In this document: positions 34,003 to 48,647 of the stretch, in pieces
How the letters are laid out: every line of letters begins with the position of its first letter
How positions within the stretch are numbered: position 1 is the stretch's first letter
Source of the DNA: Bigelowiella natans CCMP2755
Lineage: Eukaryota; Protista; Cercozoa
Length of the DNA stretch: 64,000 nt
Assembly (NCBI GenBank): GCA_000320545.1
Contig: ADNK01000237.1
Span: 8,426 to 72,425, forward strand
Reading direction: 5' to 3'
Notes under the pieces: generated by a model
The model's database searches: none
What the model saw: only the letters and a program-made list of their open reading frames with translations
Told to the model about the DNA's origin: nothing
Made by a program: the position numbers and the translations under genes

Positions 34003-37000
34003 GTGTCCCGCCCGTCAAGTGTCAGACTGGCTGCCAAGCAGGAAGGCTGCGAAACTATGCTCCCGAACCAACGAGATGATACAGGAGGTGTGAAGAAGAC
34101 TCTCAAAAGTTTCTTCGATGGCGCAGATGACAAGGGCAGCAGGGATAACAAAGGCAGAGAATCGCCCTCGAAGGATCTTTTGACGTTGCCGAATCCTAAC
34201 CAACTATCCTTAGATTCATTTTCACTTGCGCAGAAAACTCAAAAGGTTTATGACGATCTGGAGAAAATCTATCTTCTGGTTAGTAGCAGCAGTATGCTTC
34301 TTGCTCGCGGCTTTACATCAAACATCCGAAACTCATCACATTATTTCCGTGCCATGTCCCCCCTCTGTTCTTGTCTCCAGGGATTCAAGGATATTGTGGA
34401 CCATCTTGGCGAGCTTAAGCAAGAACTTGAGGTAGTGATCACGCCCCAGCTAACAATTCTAGCTCAAAAGAGAGATTTGCCGTTCTTTTCCTTTGAGTTC
34501 ATGTTGTCCATTCACACATCAACCAATATGAAGAAACCTAACTGTGGGTGGTGGCGGGTTTCATACAGGCAGCTCACGCAACTGGAATCCGACTGGAGAA
34601 TGAGATCGGAAACTTGGAAATCGAGCTCCTGAATCGCTCGCGTGAATTGGCAGGCTCGTCGGGACGCCTTAAGGAAAAGGAGTCTATGCTCCAGGTGGCC
34701 ACCGAAGAGGATCAGACGCTGAAGGCTTCTTGGGAGACCATTTCAAAGCAGAGAAACGTGGTTTTATCCCATGTGCAGAGAGGGCTTTCGGCATGGGCAC
34801 AAGCTCTTCAGCCTGTCGTGGATAAAGGTTCATCGAGAGGTGGGCGAGATGGTGATGATAATGATGCAGGCGATGGTGTTGCGATATCACCTGATGGCTC
34901 CGTCGCAGCAGCACAAACAGGACCAGCAGCTGACTCCCCCAAGACAATAGCTTCCCCATCTAGCCAATTCTCCTCCCCTACAAAGCTTCCCCCGTCACAG
35001 CAGGAAAATAAAACATTCACCCCAAAAATGAGGGGCAGCAGTGTCGACATTGTTCAAAACGCGTTGTCGGAGCTAACAGCAGCCACTGTTGCGCTTGGTA
35101 CCCACACCGCTAAATGGATAGTAGTCGCAGCACAGGGAGGACAGAGAACCCCATCACAGACATCGGTCCGAAGGCGAATGCGTCGGGTATTAACAGTATG
35201 GAGACTCTTGCTCTGCCAAACTATTGCGCGGAGAGAATCAAACTCTGCGAGATTGCGTTGCAAGGAGGCTGAGCTTTTCTACTCGTGGCGCTACCAAAGC
35301 CAGAGGAATAGCGTTTATGAACAAGCTTCAAGCAATTTGACACAGTTAAACAACGAAGCTCGGACTAAGAAGTTCTGGTTGGCTTGGGTTCAAAGGACGA
35401 GGCAGAGACTTGCTTTCCAGAAAGCTGCGGATAGCTTCCAGAAGCTACGAGGAAAGACAATACTCCTGACCAAATTAAGTTCTTGGAGGCGCATCCTGCT
35501 TTCGAGGCGGATGATCCGGGGGTCGCGTACCTGGGCGATATTGCAGCTTCGAAGAAGGCGACTCCGACAGCACTTCACCGCCTGGGCGAGCATGAGCACA
35601 ACGAACGAACTCAGCCACATTCTCTCGGTTGTTGCAGAGCAGAAGATGGAAAAAAATATCGTCGAAGACAATCTGGCCAAGTGTCTTGCGGAGAGGTAAT
35701 TGCGGATTAGTGTAGCGTCTCACTGTCTTGCGTGAATATAATGGTATAGGGTTACTCTATTCAGCAGTCTATCTTGCACGACAAAGTAGAGACACTGACA
35801 CCCTCAATATCCAGCTTTGTTTGGTGCATTCTCATTCGTTAATGATGATATGTATGGTCATTCTTAAAAGGGTTGATCTCGAGAAGGACAGCAATGGGGG
35901 CCCGTTTGTAACGATGGAGACTACTACCTTCTCCTCAGCTTCCCCATCCTTTCACTCTCCCTCAAACTCGGACATGACTGCGACGAACGAAACGATGAAA
36001 AATGGGCCTGGGAAGAACGAAGAAGCGCCTGTTACCACAACAGAGACAATCCGCGTGCCCGCGAGAATTGTTGCTCTTTCATGTCGCACTCAGAACGCGA
36101 GACGCTTGCTCCTCCTTTCTACGATATCTCGATGGCGTGCGAAGATCAATGTTGAAGCAGGCCTTCGGAAGTCCCTCGCAATCAGAAGAACCACCAGCGA
36201 GGCAGCGGCGACTACCCGAAAAATGATGGAGGTTTGCTTGTGTCCATCTTAATGTTATCTTTAAGTTCTGTTGACCCTCTGCCTCCCACCAATCAAGCGT
36301 CCAGAGTAGAATAACATTCGAGGATGCATGATTCAAACTAGAGTTGCTTCTTTCTTTCGCCTGCACAGCCACCACTACCATCACCGTCACCATCACCATC
36401 ATCGTTTTCATCATTGCCCCCATCATTAGGGATTCGGCCGGGCGCTGTCACAGTCCCTCAGCAGAGGCTTGCTGGTTGTTCGAGCCGTCCATATTTTATG
36501 TGGATGGAAATCAACTGCGATCAAGTACCGCAGAGCACGTTTGCTGGGTGAGAACCTGCAATACGAGCGAACACAGATGGCGTCTAGGAAAATGCTGCTC
36601 GCATGGATGGCCATCGGAAAGAAACAAAGGTTGATTCAGGTCATGAAACGATCCAGAGAAAGGAGCAATAGAGACTTGATCACGGCAGGCGAAGGCAGGC
36701 AACGGGCGCGACAAGTGCATCCCTCTACTTTCTCCTCCTCCTCCTCTTCCTCCTCGAAGAAATCGATTACTACCGCTACAGCTGCTGATAGAGTTCGGAG
36801 GCTAGCAGTCGCTGTCTGCCCGTTCTCTAGGGCACGCCTACGGTCGGCTTGGAGGCGTTGGCTGCGAGTTGACAGGGAGATGTCAGCGGAAGCACGACGA
36901 ACCGCACGCCAGGCCTGGGAAGCCGCCAAGAACGACTTGGCAGCGACAGCGTCGCAGGCTGGAAGACGGGAAGAGAGCTTGCTGCGAACCGCCTACGAAC

Positions 37001-37566
37001 GCTGGCGACGGAGGATGATCACAGTTGCATTGGTCGTCCGCCGCAGGAGTTGCAGCCGCGCGATGAGTAGTTGCAGAGAATGTAGTAATGGCGGTGGTGG
37101 GAACGCAGTTACAGCTAGTAGCAAAAGTAGTCGCAAGTGCACGAATAGGGGTCCCCAGCCAAAACAGCTGCAACAAGCGCGTGATTGGAACAGGAAGAAG
37201 ACAGTTATGTCTGTTTTTCGGGGATGGTTCTCGCGTATGGCCGTTCAGCGCTCTTACTCCCACGAGCCCCAATGCGCTCGGATCAAAGCACAGATCGAGG
37301 CAGCTGAGAAAGAGAACGAGAGACTGGAGAACGAGATACACGCGAAGAGGAGCTCACTGGTTGGGCACAGGCGATGTCGCGAGCGCCAACTCAAGTTGTT
37401 GGAGGATGCTAATAGATTGGATCGAGAAGCAGGACAGATGAAAACGGTGTATGAAACTTTGCGAAACGACATTGCAAGGGGGAAAGAAACTTTGGCAGAA
37501 TCTTTAGAGCACAATATTAAGCTTAGAATGGCCTTGAAAGAGAATGACGGGGATAACCCAAAGTAA
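34003..37566 (+). CDS. Large coiled-coil protein with Sfi1-like (centrin-binding) Trp repeats
   Basis: Long exons (34548-35699, 35871-36231, 36457-37566) with recurring [FL]xxW[RK] motifs (LTVWR, FYSWR, LSSWR, FTAW, ISRWR, LCGWK, YERWR, FRGW) and terminal coiled coils. 5' end uncertain. Confidence 0.65.
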
Positions 37567-38131
37567 CTATAGCACCAATAATCTATGCCAACTGGCAAGG
37601 GAGAAGCGTCAGCCAACTTGTAGCCCCCTGCTCCTCTATGAAAGAATGTTTTGACAAGAGCGAATAATGAAATCTAAAGCTCGATAATGACAAATAAGAA
37701 TAATATTTCGAAAATACATATGCACGGAGTTCAATGATTTTATTCATTACTACGTGCCCAAGATCCCATGGTAATAGAATGTACATGACTGTTGTCATCG
37801 ATCGCGTGTACGGGTACGGCGCATGTAGCTTTTCCCGCTTTTAAGACAGATCGATAAGCGTCAGATCGAGTGACCATGCCATGTGACATGTCGCTATTTA
37901 GATACACGTGTAGCCCTACGCAGCACCTGTGTAATCTCACAGTATTGTTCAAGGCTTTTTAGCGCTTCTTCTGAAGCAGATACAGTACAGACATGCGACG
38001 CGAATAGATGTACAACTGAATGGCTAAGCGTTGCGACGTGAGCGCAAACGGGTGGCTAAGTCAGTCAGTTTTTAATGCCGAAATTAGCGCATGATATGTG
38101 CAGCCATGCTGCTTTACTGTAAGGGAGGATG

Positions 38132-38177
<46 letters not shown>

Positions 38178-38376
38178 GCGAATTCATGCCCCGCCATGCA
38201 CAAATCATTGTCTCTCCATTGTTAGCAATACTGCGTATGACTGAACAAAATTTGCGCTGACATCGCATTCCTTTGCTCGCGTGAGCTAGTGAGGTGGTGA
38301 GCACAAGCACGGCGACTTCAGCACTGCCTTATTCGATCGTAATTCTACCCATTGTTTAATAACTGCATTCCTACAG

Positions 38377-39053
38377 CTATGGTAACTGATCGATATCGTC
38401 CCGCCTTTCTCTCACTGGGGTTCCGCCTTCCATATCCGCCATGATTATCGATCCGTGTCGCATGCCGCCCTGTTTCTGTTGAAAGACAATCATCCGACAA
38501 ACTGAAGATTAGCACAGAAGGAACAATGAATCTCCTAAATAGCTTATTATTGCACGCAAGAGAAAATGCAGTATCTGATTGTAAATGATTCTTGTGCGGC
38601 GTTTTTTGCTTTTGAAAAATACCCTATGCGTGTTCCCTGAGCTTGGCGTAACGCGTGGTGGAGGAGCTCTCATTGTATTGCCACTCTCTCCCTGATGACG
38701 CTGCGGTGTAATCATAACACCCATCGCGCTCCCGCCTGTAGGTCGGCGTAGTAGCGCAGAAGAAGAGAGAGAAGAAGAAAGAGAAGACGGTGATGAAGAA
38801 GAAAGCTCATTCAAGATGAGGGAGAGAGAAGAGTGGGGGGGGGGGGGGGGATGTTCTTATATCACCGGTAGATTGTCCAGAGCTACTGCCATTCTGAAGA
38901 GATGCTGTACCCTGAATAGGACACGATGATGACAAATAATAAAGATGGTGATAATTATTATGGTCACTATTATCAAAATGGGTTGTGACGAGATGACAGC
39001 GAGGTGGAAACTAGAGGCTAACAAGTGTCTCCAAAGTACACATCCACTGAGAG

Positions 39054-39103
<50 letters not shown>

Positions 39104-39748
39104 AACAACATATTAATAATTTGGATGAGCTGACTCATACAATTTACAACAGCACCTTGCTGCCACCACTGCCTCCTCCTCCCCCTCCTCCTTGACTGTC
39201 AGTACTCCCGTTTCCACTTCTATTATCATTAACGTTCTTATTATTATTATCATTCCAATGCTGCTGCTGCTGCTGGTGCTGCTGGGTGCCGTTGAGAGCA
39301 AGCCGGAGATTGGCATTCTCATTTCGGAGCTTCTCAAGGGTGTCCAAGAGCTGCGCTTTATCTAAATCCTCCGTTGCCAGCAGCACCAGGACGTCCTCAT
39401 GCTCCTAACAATCATCATAATGCATGCATTATGGACAAATAACATCCAACGAAAACCCTCGTCAGCTGTAGCAGCCATAGAGCAAAAGACAGAAAGGTAT
39501 GGTGCGACGGGAAAGAATGGAGAGAGAACAGAAGTCTCTTCCTCCTCCTCCTCCTCCTCCTCCTCCCATTTTCCTCCTTCTTCCCCTCAATCTTCACATC
39601 CTCATATGTTTCATTATTACCTCGGTGAGCTCGGCAATCTTGTTTTGCAATGTCGCGAGCTGCTCCTTTCCTTCTGCCCCAGCGTCGTTCACACGGGAGC
39701 GAAGATCCTCATTTACGGCCTCTTTTTCGGCGCATATTCGCTCTAGTT

Positions 39749-39789
<41 letters not shown>

Positions 39790-41221
39790 GCCATGACGAT
39801 AACAATGCACAAGCTACTACTACAACAAGTACTTACTCTCTGTTAGTACCATAATTCGGTCCTCATAGTGCTTCTTCTCTTTCTCTGCTGCTTCCCTTTC
39901 CTCTTTGGAGGAGAAGGAGGAGGAGACACCATTCGCAGCTGCTTCGGGACCCTCACCACCACCATTGGTGTTTGGCGCTGCTCCACCAGAGGTGGGAGCT
40001 TGGGCCTTCTTCGACACTGCAGCCTGCTGGTTCTTGAGTTTGGCATCCATCATTTTAATCGCTCCGAGAGCACGCTTTAACTGCCCGGCTAGCGTCTTCT
40101 GCATGGCCTTTGCCTGTATTATACGCAGTGTCATCATATTTCCATGTCATAATCTTCTTCTGTTCTCTTTACTATTAGCTGCGGCATCGTCATCATCCCC
40201 CCCTTCTCTTCCTCCTCCTCCTTCTCATCATCACCATTACTGAATCACTACAACACAAGCAGCACACCAGCATAAACACTACCTGATTGGCCTCTGCCAC
40301 TGCCTTAGCTAGTGCTGCTTGGAGAGCAGCGGGAGGAGGGGGAGAAGAGGAGGAGGAGGACGAAGACCCCCCCCCCTCGTCGCTAGTTAGTGGAGCCGGT
40401 GGCGTCCTTGTCATCGTCGCCGTTCTTGCCTTGCTGTGCAAAGCCGCGGTGAGGAGAGAGAGAAGCAGGGAGTCAAGGCTCCCAAGTATGCTTTCATATC
40501 GCGACACAAACGCGAAATCGAAGAGATCAAGCCCAAGGAACGGAAGGGACTTGCTGCTACTGCCGCCCCCCGATGGGGCGGGGGGGGGCATCCGGTCCGC
40601 CGCCCCTCTGGACTTAGCTGCCAAGAAGGCCTGCGTCTTGCCGATCAGCGACAGGCGCGCCTTCAAGGTCTGACAACGGGGAGTGAATAGATATTTTAGG
40701 GAGCGATGATGGGGAATTGAAGAGCGGTTTGAATGAGTTTAGCGGACTCAAATTACGAAAAGAAGAAGAAGAAGAAGAAGAAGAAGAAGAAGAAGAAGAA
40801 AAAGAAGAGGAGGAGACAGCTACTACCGCCTTTATCAATGCAAAACACTGCTTGCGTGGCGTGGCGTTGTGTTGTCTTGTGTTGGATACCGCTCTTCATG
40901 AGCCCCCCCCCCCTCTACCAGCTATGTACTCGTTGGCACGATGAAAGCCTGTTATTCGCTGCTGCGGCACAATGTGGCCACGAATCATTACCTTCACGGG
41001 AAGTGAGCTCGTTGTGACGGCCTGTATCAATATACGGTGCAGCCTTTGGGCACAGGCATTGAGGCCACCACCGCCTCCTGACCCGCCATCTTTGTTCGTC
41101 GCCGTCATCATCTTTGAGGTGATCTCGAATGCGTGGCGGAGACACATCACAAGTACGATGCATGCCAGACCCCGTGCAATTAACACCTATTTTGCACGTG
41201 GTAGTAGTAGTAAGTAGTAGT

Positions 41222-41256
<35 letters not shown>

Positions 41257-41871
41257 CCCGCAACAGGCAACAACAACAACAACAACAACACAACACAACA
41301 CATATTTAGCTTTAAGACAGGATGATGGATGAATGAAGACAACTAGGAGTGAGGAGAGAAGAAGGGAAGTAAGGGCGAGTATTTGCAGAGTGAGCAAGGG
41401 TGCTAACAGCGACCTGCTCATTATTCTGGGCGCTGCTCCCTTTCGCAGGAGCTGATGATGCTCCCGCCATCTTGATGAGTAAGCGAATCACAGATGGTAT
41501 CGCCTCCTCCTCATCTCCCACTCCTTTCATCTCTTCATCTCCTCCGCCCTGCCCCCCCCCAGCCCCCATGAGCTGTACGATGGCGCTTGGGTTCGCTTGT
41601 AGCCCCTCAATAATAACCAGAAGGCGGGCGGAGAGCGCCTCTGCTGGAACTAAGAAAGAGGACCCAGCGTTCTCTCCTCCTCCTCCTCCTTCTGTGCCTC
41701 CCTTGCGAGGAGACGACATACGTCCTCCCCCCCCCCTCTGGCCAGGAAATGCAGCCGAGAGCGGTGTTGTCGAGGATGGCGCTGAGAGAAGTTCGTGGCA
41801 TATGAGTTGTCTTATGTGTAATGAGATGAGCGAGGAGGGGAAGGTGGAAAACATGGAGAGTATGATCCCAA

Positions 41872-41907
<36 letters not shown>

Positions 41908-43149
41908 CGTTGGTGATGCAAAGGACTAGTAATCAACTCTGTTGGCTAAACAGGGTCAAAGAAGGTCATAAAGCAAGTGAATACCTCTCCCTCTCTCTCC
42001 CTCCCTCTCTCCCTCTCTCTTTTGTGCATGTGCATGAGCATGTACGTATGTGGCGTGTGTTTCAAGTTCTCCTCTCTTCTTACCAACGTCATCTTCATCA
42101 CCAACGACTTTAGCGGGGGAAGCTGGAGTGGAGGCCGCAGCGAAAACAGGGCGTGGGGAGGCCTCCCAGTCTAGCAAGTCTTCTACCACACGCTCAAACA
42201 TGCTCGGAGGAGATGGAGGGGGAGGATGAGCTCGCCCCGTCCTGGCCTGTTGCGGCGGGGGCTTTGCAAACAATGCCTGCTTGGCCATGGCGTTGTTCCG
42301 CATGGCGTGCAGCAGAAGCGAGTGCGCGGTCCACACATCTGAGGGGCAGAACAACGGGAAATCGGAGGACTGCTGTAATGACATCAAGGCGGCGGCGGAT
42401 GAGGAGGAGGAGGAGGAAGGAGATGCCCCCACCGCCTTAAGAACACTTCTATGTGCTGCGTCCCTCGTTGGAGGGTCCATGTAGAAGGCCTCGAGCAGCG
42501 TCCGTGCAAACAGTCGCACTGGATTCAGCGCATGAGGGCTCGCACTGCCCGGCCTCCCACCCTCCTCATAAGTAACGGCCACGTGGGAGAGGGCCTGGCA
42601 CACCGCGGCCTGCCCTCCGAAATTCTTCCGGAGCAAGCTGCGTAAGGCGTAGTGGGCTGCGCTCATCACGTCTGCTGGGACTCCCGACAGGCTATATATT
42701 CAGGTAGAAAAGGAGGCGGCACACGGAGGGTACAAGGGAGGAGAAAGGACAAAAAGCAACCGCATCATCAAGCCATCAAACCATAGGGGGAAATCTCTTC
42801 AGCTGGCGCAGATGTAGCAGCAGCTGAAGTCATCGAAAGAAGGTCATCCCCGCGACAACATGCGGTACCTTGCGGGGTCGTGTCCAAGGGCCAATTGCAG
42901 CACGTATACCAGCGCTGGCCTTCGCTCCTCCTTTGCCTCAACACCACCCCCCGATCTCAGATGAGTCTCCAGGTCCGTAATGACCGGGATGATGCTAACA
43001 CTGGCGGAGACCATGGTCGTTTGGTTTCGCGCCCGCCCGTCGATTAACCTGCCGACGATCTTCAGAGCGTACGCCTTCACCTTGGAAGGCAGTCCTGCGT
43101 TTGGGTTTGTAATATGCGTTATTGAAAAACACGCACGCACAAACACACG

Positions 43150-43198
<49 letters not shown>

Positions 43199-44212
43199 AA
43201 GAGAGAGAGGTTGCCAAAAGTGAGCAATAGCAGCAGCAGCAACAACAACAACAAGGACCTGGCGCGCTGGTGATCCTGAGAAGAGCGGGGCAGAGGCTCT
43301 TCCCAGAGGACACACGGTGGTTGTCCGTGAGGAGAAAGTCCAAAATCTGTCCACCATTGCAGCATAACAAGATAAAGAATAAGAAAGGAAAAAAGACATC
43401 AAATAATAATAAGGAGAAGAGGAAGAGGAAGAAGAAGAAGAAGAAGAAGAAGAAGAGACAGCAAGACAGCTCTGCGCAAATTGAATTCGAGAGCGGAGAG
43501 CAATCACCTGCAGCGTGGCGTTTAGAATTTCCATGCGTCTCTCAATGCTACCACCGGATCCTGCCAAGCCACAAGGTAGCAGCAGCAGAAGCAGTAGTAA
43601 TAGTAATAGTAGCAGTAGTAGTAGCATCACACAGAAGAAGGAGCAGCAGCAGTAGTAGTAGGGTTAGAGACTCCATAAGAGCAACAAGAGAAATACAAAA
43701 AGGAAATCCTGGTTGTTTTATTTCTTCATGCGCTTAAAGTATTGGGGAATTGTCGTCATTTTTTAAAGTGGAAGAGGAGGAGGAGGGATAAGTAGAAGTC
43801 CCAACCAGAGTTCATCGATTGTGCTGCTGCGCTTTCGAGAAACGGAACCAGCCGGCCAACGCACCTGTTGAGGGAGGGAGGGAGGGAGGGAGGGAGAAGA
43901 TGAAGACGTGGAATGTTGGCAAAGACTATACTACTAATGATGATGATGATAATGGTGATAATCAGGACGAAGATTTCTATTCATACAGTAACTAGTACAG
44001 GTTTTGCTGTCGATGAGTGCCATACTTCAACCCTTACAGCGGCAATAGCACGCAGACACACAACACCCACCACCCGCAATAAGAACAACAAGAAGAACAA
44101 CAACAACTTGCTAGTGTCCTCATTACCCAGATTCAACGAAATAGGTCTGATTCGAACTGTTCTTTTCCACCTGCCGTTGTTGTTGTTTTAGCAAGATATC
44201 AGGGGGGAGATG

Positions 44213-44258
<46 letters not shown>

Positions 44259-44261
44259 GGA

Positions 44262-44292
<31 letters not shown>

Positions 44293-46193
44293 TAATAGTG
44301 CAAATAGCAAACAGCATTGATTTGCTAACCATTGTAGCGATAAGCTTGAGTATGTCGACAACGATCACACCACCCATTAGATATCCTTCACTCTTTGCGA
44401 TCCCGAGGACCTATTCAATTTACCATTGCGGGAAGCAGTCACCAGCAAAAAACTCCCCTGCTACCCTTCTCTGCTGTGTTTGTACTGACTACTAGTACTG
44501 CAACTACTACAACAACTACTACTGCCAAGTACCTTATCGAAGACGTTGTCGAATGCAACTATCTTTTGAATCGTTGGATTGCCGTCAATCAACCGTCGCA
44601 ACAGCAGAAGGGCCTGTGGACAAGCATAGCAAGACCGCAACATTAACAACAACAACCACCACCACCGCCACAACAACAACACAAGGCTTGTGGGTAGATG
44701 ATGACCTCATTGCGGACCATGTCCCCCGTGCCTTCTAGCAGCGCCACGAGCTGGTTCACTGCGATAGGCTTCGAGAGGATAATTTGCTACCACAGAGTTA
44801 CCAACAACGTTATACTTGTTAGAAGACGGTGATGGAGGGAAAAGCAATGGCTGGCATGCAACAACAAGGAGCAAACACAAAAGACCACCTGGGCGCGGTC
44901 CTTTTTACCGCTGAGGATGTTCGTTAGCAGAATCACCGTTGCCAGCTGCACGTAAGGATCTCTTACCCCGACCTAGGGAGGAGGAAGAAAGAAATTACAC
45001 GAGAATGGATGCAAGGATGTAAGCTATAGCCCTTCTTCGTGGTGCAGCATACCAAATCCATAAGCAGTAACACGTTTTCGCTCTCCATGACAAATCCATC
45101 TAGATTGCTCGACACAGCTTGTTTATCACGGGCAGTGGCATTTGGCGGCGGCGGCCTGTCGTTAGTTTGAGAAGTGTGAAATAATAACAATCGCTGACAG
45201 AATGATCCGCGTGTGTAGAAGAGTCGCAAATAAAACATATTACGCAAAACATCATCTGGATAAGTGCGTGCGTGTGTGGGTGCGTGTGTGTGTGTTTGTG
45301 TGGAGTTCAATAATATGTATTAATGTATTTATATTTGAGGTTCACTGTTGTCGGTGTTTAAGGTAGGACTTTGTAACGTTCTTGAGAAGCTGTATGCAGG
45401 GCCGTACGAGGGCGGGGAGACTAGAAACAGGCTGCCCATCTTTCTCTTAAAAGGGGAGAAGAAGGAGGAAGAGGAAAGGAAAACAGCCCAACCACACAAA
45501 GGTGAAGAAGTCGAAAGGAGGAACTACGAGTATGCTCAGGACGGATACGCACTGGTCATCACTGAATAATAATTTGTTTGATTTTCTCTGTGCTCTTCGC
45601 CCGCTTGAAACCCCTCGCCTCTGCGCCCCCTCTCCGAGACAACCTTCTTGTGCCTTTTTTTGCGCTTCACGAGCCCGCTTGATGAGATCTATGATCTTGC
45701 CCACCGCCTGCTTACCAAGAGGGAGGAAATTGTATTGATTCGACAGATCTTGAAGCTCCTGTACCACCTGAAACGTAGCGAATAATTGCACTAAATTGAA
45801 CGCTCACGGGTCATGCCATCATGACGTGATGGAAATCCTGCTACTATCGATTTGCACCTATCGATGCGTTGGTTGCAACTCTAGTCTTTACCACATTTCT
45901 TCCATGCAAGTTACCTTCTTATGTTCAATCTTCTACCTTAAGTTGGCGCTGAGGATCTGTAGTCTTACTCAAAGCCACCAAGAGTCCCGTGCAATCTGAC
46001 ATCACATTCGCCACCTGTAAAAAGAAGGAGAGGTTTGGTGAGTCAGCAGCCAAAGAGGTGAAGGAGGGAAGTTTCGAATATATATTGGCAACAAAAGAAC
46101 TGTATGAGGGATAAAGATATTTGAATACTGTACTTTGCTATCCGCTTGACTCTGAGCCCCCAATAGGCCCTCGGCGAGGCGCGTAACATACAT
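38377..46193 (-). CDS. USO1: Golgi tethering factor Uso1/p115, many exons
   Basis: Head motifs DMVRNE|ALLLLRRLIDGNPTIQKIVAFDNVFDK, SEGYLMGGVIVVDILKLI and NSSNQTYFVE; C-terminal coiled coil with DVLVLLATED. Last exon inferred to end ...DDIDQLP*. Confidence 0.88.
40760..40800. repeat. (GAA)n microsatellite in USO1 intron (representative of dozens of intronic SSRs)
   Basis: Pure GAA run seen directly. Confidence 0.95.
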
Positions 46194-47343
46194 CTTCCTC
46201 GCTCAGCCTGGGCGCTCGTTTTCCGATCCTGGGCTGCAGAGGGTAAGCCACGCGCGAAAATAGAACTGAATCACATATGAATGGGCAATTTGGATAGCAA
46301 AATTAATCTTTTCCCAATTTTTAAGAGGATTTTTTAGCCATAGCACGCACAGTACATCGCTTATATTGGATCAAATTTGGTCGACGTGCAAGCACGGTCG
46401 TCAGAACTCTGTCAACAAAAATGCCATCACCATTCAAAGATGTCGCACTAAAGAGCGATTCACATCATGTGCAAAATCAGAAATGCATCGTTCTCATCTC
46501 ATGGTCAGTAGCCCTTCGGACCGTCGATTCGTCATACCTATTCCAGAGGGGGGGATAGCCAAAAATGCGGAAGCAGGCCTTTTCGCTTCCTACGACCGTA
46601 ATCCTTGCATGACGTATTTGGTAAATAGAATGGCATTTCATACATGTTTTATTCATTTACCCACAAGCCGGCAACATAAGCAAGAAGGAAGTGTAGTCGT
46701 CATCACGAACAGCGTGACATATCGTATCGTATCGTCAAGATCTAGAACCATCAATGTGTCTTCGAAATAGTACCAACAGAATTTGTCCTCAGATCAGATA
46801 TTTGATAGTTCATTGAAAGCTTAGTCATGCATAAGATGTTCTATGGAGGTATTCTTGTCTAGATTACCAATTGAAGCCTCCTAACATTCACCATTTGCCT
46901 TCTCCTGACACGTGTCCGCGGGGCTGAAATCAATCGTTCGCCAGGAAATGCCATATTTTTAGGTCTCAAAATGCTGAAAATGCTAAGTCGCTGACAGAAA
47001 ACGAGTGACAATTGCGTCATGAAAATCACCAAAAGTCTTAAGTATGCCCAACCACCCTGCGGCCTATGAGCGTACCCCTCTTCCCATGTTACCCCACGCT
47101 CCCTTTCTCATAGAGGGGATCGAAGGCTAGCTAAATTTCGAGAATACGAATTTCTAAACGTGATGTTACGTACCTACAGAGTGGTGAAGGAAGATCTCGC
47201 TACTCTGTATCGTTGTTGCACGGATTAGACCTCTCAAACCTACGAATCAATTTCTCGTGTTTATCGATCCAAATAAATACTGTTAGCTCTGCCCACGTAA
47301 TATTTGCTTACCCGCCTAAAATTTCGCAGGTTCGATTAAGGAA

Positions 47344-48647
47344 ATGCAGCTGTTTCATTCCCACAACGAGCAGCAAGCTCTGAAGTATGCATCCCTCAAG
47401 CGATGGTTCGGATTCAGTGTTGCTTTGAATATGATCGTCGCCGGATATATCGCTTTCGGGGCATTCGGCATGAATGATACCCTCGGGTCGGTACTTACTC
47501 GAGTATCAGGCGTTTCAAGCAGAGCCCGTATGCCGATGGGTGTGGTGATGAATCCAATGACGCCCAGTTTCATGGGCCACGCAGCCACTGCGGGCGAATC
47601 AGTCGGAGCTAAGAGCGCGATGCAAGCTATTCGTGCACCCTCGAGCGCCGGGAGGAACCTCGCTGCAAGTAGGAATTTCTCTGTGAATTGGAATCTATTT
47701 TGGAACCTCTGATTGCTTCGTAACTGATCATGATGTTGTTAAATCTACTGTCTGTACAAGATGTGCGAGAGATGCCGTTTTATTTGTAATCATGCAATGA
47801 TGGGTTCTAATGTGTATTAACCTTTTGTCGCCTGTAGACGCTGCATCGGTTCCCCTCGTTGGATCCCAAGCTCCGGACTTCAAGGCAACAGCTGTATACG
47901 ACCAAGAGTTCGTAGACGTCCAGCTATCATCGTACATTGTATGGCCACTGATCGTCCCTCTTTTGCTGGTTTCTGATTTCACGATGTGTTTCAGGGCAAG
48001 AAGTATGTGCTTCTGTTTTTCTACCCGTTGGATTTCACCTTCGTCTGTCCCACAGAGATCACCGCGTTCAGGTGTACCACGCGTCCTGCATGCAAGCGCA
48101 GCAAAACAAAATCTCACCGACTAATTGTTCCAACAATTTCTAGTGACCGCTACAATGAATTCAAGGAGCTCGACTGTGAGGTCCTCGGCGTCTCTGTCGA
48201 TAGCCAATTTTCTCATCTTGCGTGGCTACAAACTCCTCGTGCAGAAGGGTACGCGCGACGTGTTGAGATTAAATTGAATTTGCATGGCCTTACATTATCT
48301 TACATTATTCTCATTATCTCACTATTAGGGGACTCGGAGATCTTGAATATCCTCTCGTCTCTGATCTTAAAAAAGAGATCAGCGAGGCGTTTAACGTCCT
48401 CACAGACGAAGGTGTTGCACTCCGGGGGCTCTTCCTCATTGACAAGGAGGGTGTGATCCAGCATTCGACCATCAACAATCTTGCCTTTGGCCGTAATGTT
48501 GATGAAGCTCTTCGAGTACTCCAAGCCACTCGCTATGTACAACAGAATCCAGACGAAGTTTGTCCAGCTGGCTGGCAGCCTGGAGATAATACCATGAAGC
48601 CTGACCCTAAGGGTAGCAAGGAATACTTTTCAAAGGTTTTCGAATAG
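47344..48647 (+). CDS. Plastid-targeted typical 2-Cys peroxiredoxin (BAS1-type)
   Basis: [51 protein letters not shown] and [10 protein letters not shown]...SKEYF. Bipartite presequence ([15 protein letters not shown] + Ser/Arg/Ala-rich segment). Confidence 0.97.

Noticed and set aside
38857-44738. Plus- and minus-strand ORFs with poly-L/S/C-V/E-R runs
   Set aside because: They are translations of intronic microsatellites or antisense frames of USO1 exons.
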